A stretch of DNA of 64,000 nucleotides, from assembly GCA_965248445.1 (NCBI GenBank), contig CBDFJG010000003.1:512001-576000 (forward strand). The letters are read 5' to 3'. Source of the stretch: Planctomycetota bacterium. Its GTDB lineage: Bacteria; Planctomycetota; JAJSAM01; JAJVHW01. The notes under the pieces were generated by a model, which was not told the DNA's origin, ran no database searches, and saw nothing but the letters and a program-made list of their open reading frames with translations. Shown here piece by piece: positions 56,951 through 64,000 of this stretch. A program made the position numbers and the translations under genes. The number at the start of each line of letters is the position of its first letter. The first letter of the stretch is position 1.

Positions 56951-58342
56951 TCAGTACTTCTCGAGCAGGCCGTACTTGCGCATCTTGTTGAAGAGCGTCG
57001 TGCGGTTGATGTCGAGCGAGCGTGCGGTCTGCTGCCGGTTGCCGCCGTTACTCCGAAGGGCGTGCTCGATGATGCGGCGCTCGGGGTCTTCGAGGGCGCG
57101 CTTGAGCGGGACGACCTCGCCTGCCTCGAGAGGAGCGGGGGCGTCTGCCGCTTCGTCGCAGAGAGCGGGGGGGAGGTCCGCGGGGAGGATGCGGTCGTTG
57201 CGGGTGAGGACCACGGCGCGCTCGATACAGTTCTCGAGCTCGCGGACGTTGCCCGGCCACGAGTAGCGCGTGAGCAGGTCGAGCGCCGTGTCATCGACAC
57301 CCTCGATCTTCTTGCCGTTCTCCTTGGCGTAGTCGCGCAGGAAGTGCTCGGCGAGGAGAGGGATGTCGCTGACACGCTCGCGCAGCGGCGGCATGTTCAT
57401 ACTGACGACGTTGATGCGGTAGTAGAGGTCGCGGCGGAAGTTGCCGAGTTCGACCTCCTTGGCGAGGTCCAGGTTCGTGGCGAGCACGACGCGCACGTCC
57501 ACGCGGATCGTCTCGTTCGCGCCGACCGGCTCGAACTCCTTGTCCTGCAGGATGCGCAGCAGCTTCATCTGCAGGAGAGGGGATGCGTTGTTGATCTCGT
57601 CGAGGAAGATCGTTCCCCGGTGCGCGGCGGCGAACTTGCCGACCTTGTCGGCGTGCGCGCCGGTGAACGAGCCGCGCTTGTGCCCGAACAGTTCGCTCTC
57701 GAGGAGCGTCTCGGGCAGCGCGCCGCAGTTGACCTCGACGAACGGCTGATGCTGGCGAGGTGAGTTCTGGTGCAGGGCGCGAGCGATGAGCGTCTTGCCC
57801 GTGCCGGACTCACCGGAGACGAGGACCGTGGCGCGCGTGCCCGCGACGCTCTCGATCGTGTCGTACATCTTCTGCATGCGGTGGTCGCGGCCGATGATGC
57901 CGTCGTACCCGTAGCGGATGTCGAGGCGTCGCTTGAGGTCGTCGTTCTCCTCGCGCAGGTCCTGTTCGTTGACCGCGCGACGGATGACCATCTTCATCTC
58001 GTCGTCGATGATCGGCTTCGAGACGTAGTCGTACGCGCCGGCCTTCATCGCCTCGACTGCCTGCTCGACCGTGCCGTATCCGGTGATCAGGATGACGGGC
58101 AATCCGGGGCGGCGTGCGCGGATCTCGCGCAGGAGCTGCATGCCGTCGACCTCGGGCATGTTGAAGTCCGTGATCACGAGGTCCGGCTCGCTCTCGCCGA
58201 GCGCACGCAGGGCGTCTCCGCCGCTGCTTGCCTCGTCGACGTCATACCCCTCGAGGCGCAGGACCTCGGAGAGCGACTGACGGATCAGCGCGTCGTCGTC
58301 GACGACGAGGAGCTTCTTCTGGGGAGGCTTCTTCGCTGACAT
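56951..58342 (-). CDS. NtrC-family sigma54-dependent response regulator (REC-AAA+-HTH)
   Basis: VVDDD..TDFNMP..SKP; GESGTGKT, ESELFGH, GSFTGA, FLDEI, FRRDLYYR, WPGNVRELEN, Fis-type HTH. Confidence 0.96.
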   Translation of the reverse strand: MSAKKPPQKKLLVVDDDALIRQSLSEVLRLEGYDVDEASSGGDALRALGESEPDLVITDFNMPEVDGMQLLREIRARRPGLPVILITGYGTVEQAVEAMKAGAYDYVSKPIIDDEMKMVIRRAVNEQDLREENDDLKRRLDIRYGYDGIIGRDHRMQKMYDTIESVAGTRATVLVSGESGTGKTLIARALHQNSPRQHQPFVEVNCGALPETLLESELFGHKRGSFTGAHADKVGKFAAAHRGTIFLDEINNASPLLQMKLLRILQDKEFEPVGANETIRVDVRVVLATNLDLAKEVELGNFRRDLYYRINVVSMNMPPLRERVSDIPLLAEHFLRDYAKENGKKIEGVDDTALDLLTRYSWPGNVRELENCIERAVVLTRNDRILPADLPPALCDEAADAPAPLEAGEVVPLKRALEDPERRIIEHALRSNGGNRQQTARSLDINRTTLFNKMRKYGLLEKY

Positions 58343-58344
58343 GG

Positions 58345-59472
58345 TCACTCCGTCTTACCGGACGTCGCCGGACGGGCGACGTGGTGGCTTTCGATTCGCT
58401 GAGGGGTAGGCGCGGCGCGTCGCAGGGGGAGCTCGACCGTGACGGTCGTCCCGGCGCCATCCGCGCTCTCGAGCACGAGCGAGCCGCCCAGGCGCTCGAC
58501 GATGCGCACGCAGATGCTCAGCCCGAGCCCGGTGCCCTGACCGACGTCCTTGGTGGTGAAGAACGGTTCGAAGACGCGGTCCTGGATGTCCTCGGCGATG
58601 CCCGGGCCGTCGTCGGCCACGTGCACGCGGACGCGGCCGTCCACGATTTCCGCCGAAACCGTCAGGGTCCCGCCGTCCTGCATGGCGTCGACAGCGTTCT
58701 TCCCGAGGTTCCCGAATACCTGGAACATCGCGCGCGGCACGGCGATGCCGCCGGGCGGAAACTCGTATCGCGTCTCGACTCCGCAGCCCGAAGCGAGTTC
58801 GATAATCTGCTCAATGGCGTCGCGCGCCATGCGCTCGCCGTCTTCGTCCGCCACCTCAACCTGCGCGTTCCGGGAGAACTGCAGGAGGTCGCGGACGATG
58901 TCGGCCATGCGGCGCAACCCGCGCTGCGCCTCACGCAGGTACGTGACCTGCTTGGCGTTCTCGGGCAGCGACGACTGGGCGAGCCCCAGGTAGCGCAGCA
59001 CACCGTCGAGCGGGTTGTTCAGCTCGTGGGCCACGCCGGCGGCGAGCTTGCCGATCATCGCGAGGCGCTCGTGCACATCGAGGCTGCGCTGGAGGTCCGC
59101 GTTCTGACGCGCGAGGGCGCGATGCCGCAGGGCCTGGCGGACCTGGATCTCGACCTGCGAGGTGTCACCGTGCCCGACGACCGAGTACGCGCCGCGGCGC
59201 ACGAGCTCGACCGCGGCGGTCACGTTGGCGTCGCGGACCGAGACGATGCACGGGACGTCGCGGCGGGAGGACTCGATGAGTTCGGGGGCGATCCCGTCGA
59301 ACGCCGACTGCTCGGTGACGACCGCGTGTGTGTCCTGGTCGGGGCGGCGCAGCACCGCGTCCAGACGATCCAGCACGAGTGGCCGGAATCCGGCCTCCGA
59401 GAGGGCTGCGACCAGCTCCTCGCGGATCTCGGCATCGCCGGAAACGACGGCGATCGTGGGACTGTCGGACAC
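58345..59472 (-). CDS. Cytoplasmic histidine kinase with atypical N-terminal receiver-like domain
   Basis: AHELNNPL, NAVDA, DDGPG, FEPFFTTK, GTGLGL; receiver-like part has VVSGD and VVTE instead of canonical Asp residues; GTG 59472 with GGAGG RBS. Confidence 0.88.
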   Translation of the reverse strand: MSDSPTIAVVSGDAEIREELVAALSEAGFRPLVLDRLDAVLRRPDQDTHAVVTEQSAFDGIAPELIESSRRDVPCIVSVRDANVTAAVELVRRGAYSVVGHGDTSQVEIQVRQALRHRALARQNADLQRSLDVHERLAMIGKLAAGVAHELNNPLDGVLRYLGLAQSSLPENAKQVTYLREAQRGLRRMADIVRDLLQFSRNAQVEVADEDGERMARDAIEQIIELASGCGVETRYEFPPGGIAVPRAMFQVFGNLGKNAVDAMQDGGTLTVSAEIVDGRVRVHVADDGPGIAEDIQDRVFEPFFTTKDVGQGTGLGLSICVRIVERLGGSLVLESADGAGTTVTVELPLRRAAPTPQRIESHHVARPATSGKTE

Positions 59473-59710
59473 GCTCCACCTCCCTGTGGATGGCACTGGT
59501 CCCGGATCGGGTTTCCGGACCGCCCCGGTGAAGCCCCACGGTGAGAAATGTGGACGGTCGAGCGCCCGGTCGGTGCGCGAACTCCCCAAGTCGCGTCCCG
59601 TGGACTCGTCCGTCGCGGCGGCCCGACAGGAGCCCAGAGAGAGAGCCCAGAGAGCGAGCCGCGGGGGCCAGGCTCGCGGCGGCCTTACTCGCAGGATCTA
59701 GCGCGGCGGT

Positions 59711-61168
59711 CTACTCGCCGACGTTGTCGCCGCGGTACGTGATCTGGTTGCGGCCCTGCGCCTTCGAGGCGTACAGCGCCTCGTCCGCGCGCTCGAAGAG
59801 GTCGGACGCCGTCTTGGCGTCGGCGGGGAAGCACGCGAGGCCGCCTGAGAGCGTCAGCCGCCCGCCAGGGAGCTTCTCCTCACCTTCGAACTCCTCGTCC
59901 TCGACTGACTTGCGCAGCCTCTCGAGGAACGGGAACGGAGTGAGCGCTCCGCCGGCCGCGGTCTCGGGGAGCAGCACGGCGAACTCCTCGCCGCCGTGGC
60001 GCGCCACGATGTCCACCTCGCGCAGCGACTCGCGCAGCAACCGGCCCACGGTGGCCAGCGCGCGGTCGCCGGCGGCGTGTCCGCAACGGTCGTTGTAGAG
60101 CTTGAAGTGATCGAGATCGAACAGCGCCAGCGTGAGCGGACGGTCGTAGCGGTGAGCGCGCTGCACCTCCCGCGTCAGCGCCCTCTGGAAGAACCGGCGG
60201 TTGTACAGTCCGGTCAGTTCGTCGATGACCGCGAGGTCGCGCATGGCGCGCAGCTCGATCGCGTTCTCGAGGGCCTGGCCGGTCTGGTCCGCGAGAACAC
60301 CGAGTGCTCGCAGATCGGCGGTATCGAATGCGCGACCGTCCGCGCGATCCGCGAGACACACCACTCCGGCCACGCCTGCAGATCCTGCCAGCGGCAGGAC
60401 CAGGAAGGAGTCCGTCCGGTAGCTCGACTGCCGAGCTGCGGCAGCGGCGCGTGCGAGTCCCAGCTCATGGGCGTTGCGGACGAGCATCGGCTGGCCGCTC
60501 GCCGCGACGCGTCCCGCGAAGCCCTCGCCGACCGGGATCGGTTCCCAGTCCTCGTGCGACGTGCGGTCCGCGGGGAGACCCGACGCACGGCGCATCACCA
60601 ACTGCGCGTTCCGGCGGTCCACGACGAGCAGCGACACGCGCGTGGCGCCGGCGCGGCGCTGGAAGAGGCCGTGGACGTGATCGAGCAGGCGCTCGAGATC
60701 GCCGACGGAGCGGTGCACGAGGGCGACATCGGAGAACAGCGACTCGAGGTGGGGCGTCGTGCCGGCGGCCCCATCAGATCTTGGCCGGGTGCTCGGACGT
60801 GGCGCGCTCACCGGGTCGGGACGCTGTAGCAGAGTCTTCACCAGTCCGGGCAGCTCGCCCGGGTGAGCCGGAAGCACGATCGCTGCATCGGCGCCGTGCG
60901 CGACCGCGGAACGGGCGCGGTGCGCTTGCGCCGGCCCGTACAGAGCGACGATGGCGCGCGCCCCCGCTTCGCGCAACGTGCGGATCGAAGTGTCCTCGCG
61001 TCCCGCGATCTCGGCGCCGTCCACGAGTACGACCTGCGGGTCCCCGTCGCGCAGTTGCGCGACGGCTGCGAGTACCGACGACGCCTGCTCGACCGGAACG
61101 CCGGAACGAATCACGTCGTCGAGTGCGTCCGGCCGCTCGCGGCCGGCGAAGAGCACGGAACGGCCCAT
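59711..61168 (-). CDS. Diguanylate cyclase (receiver-like + GAF + GGDEF)
   Basis: DELTGLYNRR, DLDHFK.YND..GH..GD, I-site REVD, RHGGEEF, ADEALY.SK..GRN. Confidence 0.92.
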   Translation of the reverse strand: MGRSVLFAGRERPDALDDVIRSGVPVEQASSVLAAVAQLRDGDPQVVLVDGAEIAGREDTSIRTLREAGARAIVALYGPAQAHRARSAVAHGADAAIVLPAHPGELPGLVKTLLQRPDPVSAPRPSTRPRSDGAAGTTPHLESLFSDVALVHRSVGDLERLLDHVHGLFQRRAGATRVSLLVVDRRNAQLVMRRASGLPADRTSHEDWEPIPVGEGFAGRVAASGQPMLVRNAHELGLARAAAAARQSSYRTDSFLVLPLAGSAGVAGVVCLADRADGRAFDTADLRALGVLADQTGQALENAIELRAMRDLAVIDELTGLYNRRFFQRALTREVQRAHRYDRPLTLALFDLDHFKLYNDRCGHAAGDRALATVGRLLRESLREVDIVARHGGEEFAVLLPETAAGGALTPFPFLERLRKSVEDEEFEGEEKLPGGRLTLSGGLACFPADAKTASDLFERADEALYASKAQGRNQITYRGDNVGE

Positions 61169-62724
61169 CAGCTCTCCTCGACGCCCATTTCCACCATGTC
61201 GGCGAATGCCTCGGCGAGGTCCGGATGGAAGTGCTGCCCCGCGAGTTCGCGCACGCTGCCGATGGCCTCGTCCGGGGAGAGCGCCGCCCGCCACGCCCGC
61301 GGCGATGTCAGAGCGGCGAACGCGTCGGTCACGCGGACCAGTGCCGCGAGGTACGGGATCTCCTGGCCTTGCAGTCCGTCGGGATAGCCGCTGCCGTCCC
61401 AGTTCTCGTGGTGGTGGCGGATGACCGGCTTCATGTGCCGGAGGCGTCCGACCGGGCGGAGCAGAGTGTCGGCCACGGATACGTGCTGGCGTAGCACCTG
61501 CCACTCGTCGGGCGAGGGGGGCGCAGTCTTCGCCAGCAATTCGTCGGGGATCTGGATGCGACCCAGGTCGAGCAGGCGCGACGCGGAGTCGATCACCGTC
61601 ATGTCCTCGTCGGACAGCCCGACCCGGCGGCCGAGCTGGAGCGAGAGATCGCGGACCCGCTCGCTGTGACGCGCGAAGCAAGGCGTCCGGACCTCGGTTG
61701 CGGTGACGATCGCCGCGAGCGTGTCGACGTACGCGTCTTCGGCCCGCTCGGTGGCGCGCAGCGCGCCGATGACGTCGCCCGTCGCGATCGCGGCGACGGC
61801 AAGCCGGGAGAGATCTCGGCGATCGAACTCCTCGGCGCCGGCCGGCCGCGTCACGACCAGGAGACCCGTCGTGGCGCCTCGGCCGCGCCGCCGCAGAAGC
61901 GGAGCTGCCGCAGGGGGGCCGACGTCGAGCACCGCGTCGAGAGGTCCGAGTTCACGGCGCGTGACGGTCGTCTCCTCCTCGGACGCGCGCTTGACCCAGC
62001 CGGTGTCCCGCGGGACGCGCAACGCGCTGAGCGGGCGCCCGGCGGTGGTGGTGTGGAGCTCCAGCGCGGACTTGCCCGCGGCGGAACCGCGTGTCGAGGG
62101 CACCAGCAGCGCCGCATGCGAGACGTTCAGTGCATTGCGGAACAGGTCCGCGAGCCGGGGCAGGACATCCTGCGACGACGGCATGTCGCCGAGCAGCGCA
62201 TGCACGCGCTCGCGAAGCGACATCTCTGCGAGTCGGCGGGCGAGCGTGCCGGACGGGCCGCCGGGAACGCGGATTCCGGATGCGGGGGACGACGTCGCCG
62301 GCGCCGCCAACGCTGTCGTGCGCGGGGGCCTCTCCTCGAGCAGCCGCGCGGTGACGCTGCGGATCTCCGCGACGCTGAACGGCTTGGTGACGAAATCGTC
62401 GACGCCGCGGCGCAGCGCGTCGACGACCGTATCGATCGAAGCGTAGCCCGTGATGACCACGACACCGATCTCGGGCAGCTTCTCGCGGACGCGTTCGATC
62501 AGCTCGAGACCCGACATGCCCGGCATCATCATGTCGGTGACCAGGAGATCCGGCCGCTCGCGGTCCACGGCGGCGAGCGCGTCCTCGGGCTTGTCGAACG
62601 CGGTGACCTGGTGTCCCTCTCTCGACAAGAGCCGCTCCAGCAGGGCGCAGATCTGCTGCTCGTCGTCCACCACGAAGATGCGCGCGGTAGGTCGGTCGTC
62701 GCCGGTCGTTCGCGGTTCCTTCAT
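61168..62724 (-). CDS. REC + GAF + HD-GYP protein with degenerate HD motif
   Basis: Canonical receiver (VVDDE, TDMMMP, TKP); HSERV; LLDLGRI instead of LHDIGK; HHENWDGSGYP retained. Confidence 0.88.
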   Translation of the reverse strand: MKEPRTTGDDRPTARIFVVDDEQQICALLERLLSREGHQVTAFDKPEDALAAVDRERPDLLVTDMMMPGMSGLELIERVREKLPEIGVVVITGYASIDTVVDALRRGVDDFVTKPFSVAEIRSVTARLLEERPPRTTALAAPATSSPASGIRVPGGPSGTLARRLAEMSLRERVHALLGDMPSSQDVLPRLADLFRNALNVSHAALLVPSTRGSAAGKSALELHTTTAGRPLSALRVPRDTGWVKRASEEETTVTRRELGPLDAVLDVGPPAAAPLLRRRGRGATTGLLVVTRPAGAEEFDRRDLSRLAVAAIATGDVIGALRATERAEDAYVDTLAAIVTATEVRTPCFARHSERVRDLSLQLGRRVGLSDEDMTVIDSASRLLDLGRIQIPDELLAKTAPPSPDEWQVLRQHVSVADTLLRPVGRLRHMKPVIRHHHENWDGSGYPDGLQGQEIPYLAALVRVTDAFAALTSPRAWRAALSPDEAIGSVRELAGQHFHPDLAEAFADMVEMGVEES

Positions 62725-62734
62725 GGTCACTCTC

Positions 62735-63769
62735 CTATCCGGTCGGCAGCCGTACCGCCATAGTCACCCCATTCTCGTCCGGTGCGGCGACAGAGCACGT
62801 TCCGCCGTGGTTGCGGATGATGCCGGCCAGCGCCGCCGTCTCGAGCCAGGTCCCGTTCTGCACCGCGTCGGGATCCGGGTCCGGCTCGAAGAAGTGGGGC
62901 AGGAGATCCGCCTCCGGGGCCGGCCCATTGTCGCTCACCCGTAGCTCGAGCGCATCCACCCAGGACGAAGTCACCACACTCACGGTGCCTCCGGCCGGAC
63001 TCATCCGCGCCGCGCGGTCCCGCAGGAGTCCGAGCGCCGTCAGCAACTGCTCGCGCTCTCCGCGGACGGTCGACGGCTCGGCAGCCAGATCCAGCTCGAA
63101 GCGCGTCGCCCCCGGGCCGTTGTCGCTGCGGAACACGGCGCGGACGAGTTCGTGCAGGTCCACGGGACCCGATGCCATGCGCTGTGTCGTGCCGAATCGG
63201 GTCAGGTCCTTGGCGACCCGCGCCATGCGGACGGTCATCTCGCGGAGCATGTCCACGTCGATGTCGTCCCCCGACTCGGCGCTCCCGAGCATCAGCTCCA
63301 TGATCTGGAGCGGATTGCGGATGGTGTGCGCGACGCCTGCGGCGAGCTGCTCGACGGGGGTCGGACCCCGCCGGTCGCCTTCGGTCTCGGCGGCCACGGC
63401 TCGTCCGCTCCGCTCTCGGACTCGGCGCGCGATGGCCGTGAGCTCCGACGCGTAGAACGGCTCGGGCAGGAGGCCGTCGCCGCCCTGGGCGAGAGCGGCC
63501 GCGGCCCGATCCCGGAGGGACGGGGGGTAGGCAACGATGAGCACGCACTCCGGCCAGCGGGCGCGCAGTTGCGCGACGGTCTCGCCCGGGCGGGCGCCGA
63601 GAGCCGTGACGGCGGCGATGACGAGCGCGGGGTCCTCAGCGGCGCCGCGCAGCGCCTCGCGCGGGGCGGTGGCCGTGGTCGCCGCGTACCCGGCGTCCGC
63701 CAGCAGCCGGCCGGCGAGCGCCCGGGTGTCGCGGTCGTCGTGCAGGACCAGGGCGCGCGCCCTCTCCAT
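62735..63769 (-). CDS. Receiver-like + HisKA + degenerate HATPase protein (pseudo-kinase or phosphotransferase candidate)
   Basis: AHTIRNPL retains the His; N-box replaced by GLLRDRA, G1 by DNGPA, G2 by GTWLETA. Confidence 0.78.
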   Translation of the reverse strand: MERARALVLHDDRDTRALAGRLLADAGYAATTATAPREALRGAAEDPALVIAAVTALGARPGETVAQLRARWPECVLIVAYPPSLRDRAAAALAQGGDGLLPEPFYASELTAIARRVRERSGRAVAAETEGDRRGPTPVEQLAAGVAHTIRNPLQIMELMLGSAESGDDIDVDMLREMTVRMARVAKDLTRFGTTQRMASGPVDLHELVRAVFRSDNGPGATRFELDLAAEPSTVRGEREQLLTALGLLRDRAARMSPAGGTVSVVTSSWVDALELRVSDNGPAPEADLLPHFFEPDPDPDAVQNGTWLETAALAGIIRNHGGTCSVAAPDENGVTMAVRLPTG

Positions 63770-63840
63770 CGCTTCTCCCTCGGTCGAGCTGCAGCCTCAC
63801 GGACGCCCCGAGCTCACGTACGGGCGCCCACGCGCAGGCG

Positions 63841-63856
63841 CGCAATGGACGTGCCT
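63841..63856 (-). promoter_or_regulatory. Sigma54 promoter motif for the signalling operon
   Basis: Minus strand AGGCACG-TCCA-TTGCG, GG-N10-GC, about 70 bp before ATG 63769. Confidence 0.72.
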
Positions 63857-63949
63857 GCACCGTTGAGCCTGGACCCTGGGTCCGACGTCGCCCAGCGCGT
63901 CGAGATGGATGGACACGGGTCCTCATTGCCGGACCTCGCTTATGCTCCC

Positions 63950-64000
63950 GCCCGTGACCGATCTTCGGAGCTTGCTCGACGGCGTCCTGCCCGTGACCGA
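63950..64000. repeat. 12-bp direct repeat GCCCGTGACCGA, period 39 bp
   Basis: Copies at 63950-63961 and 63989-64000; cut by the window edge. Confidence 0.6.

Noticed and set aside
57655..57675. GSFTGA instead of GAFTGA in the sigma54 activator
   Set aside because: A common functional variant; all other AAA+ motifs are intact
59630..59660. GAGCCCAGAGAG direct repeat (period 13) between the DGC and kinase genes
   Set aside because: Two copies of low complexity, most simply a local slippage duplication
1..64000. Hundreds of long alternative-frame and antisense ORFs in the six-frame track (e.g. 29996-32401 minus, 13218-14846 minus, 40432-42162 plus)
   Set aside because: Arg/Ala/Pro-rich shadows of motif-bearing genes, expected when high GC makes stop codons rare
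1..64000. CRISPR array, rRNA, tRNA or riboswitch
   Set aside because: No repeat-spacer periodicity, cas genes or recognisable RNA-gene motifs seen by eye; a covariance search was not possible

Overview
High-GC bacterial genomic DNA. The taxon cannot be determined from the window, but the gene content is compatible with a Planctomycetota- or Myxococcota-like genome. Positions 1-42.7 kb hold one long, almost entirely + strand surface-polysaccharide locus of the exosortase/EpsI (PEP-CTERM-system-like) type. It encodes nucleotide-sugar enzymes, two tandem NodU-type carbamoyltransferases, several GT4/GT2 glycosyltransferases, exosortase and EpsI, Wza/Wzc/tyrosine kinase/ExeA-like ATPase, and a FemAB-like protein. 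It also encodes two Wzy/ligase-type proteins, a 1200-aa secreted lyase-like protein, a PilZ protein, a deacetylase and a YfhO-like GT-C. Three neighbouring genes (24.1, 25.9 and 29.0 kb) carry single-base lesions, and several genes look like catalytically degenerate paralogs. Positions 42.7-51.5 kb hold miscellaneous genes (DinB, threonine aldolase, secreted/ankyrin/beta-propeller/lipoproteins) and a REPIN-like inverted repeat. At 52-56.9 kb an IS3-like element has inserted into a TIR/deoxyribohydrolase-like gene, which can be reconstructed in frame to 188 aa. That gene lies head-to-head with a TPR-sensor (MAP3K TRAF-binding-like)-patatin-TM gene, and the pair is the best candidate for an undescribed nucleotide-signal defence system. 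Positions 56.9-63.8 kb hold a five-gene minus-strand signalling operon (pseudo-kinase, degenerate HD-GYP, GGDEF, hybrid kinase, sigma54 activator). It has its own sigma54 promoter motif, and three more such motifs lie inside the polysaccharide locus. No rRNA, tRNA or CRISPR array was seen. All family calls come from motifs recognised by eye, with no database searches.
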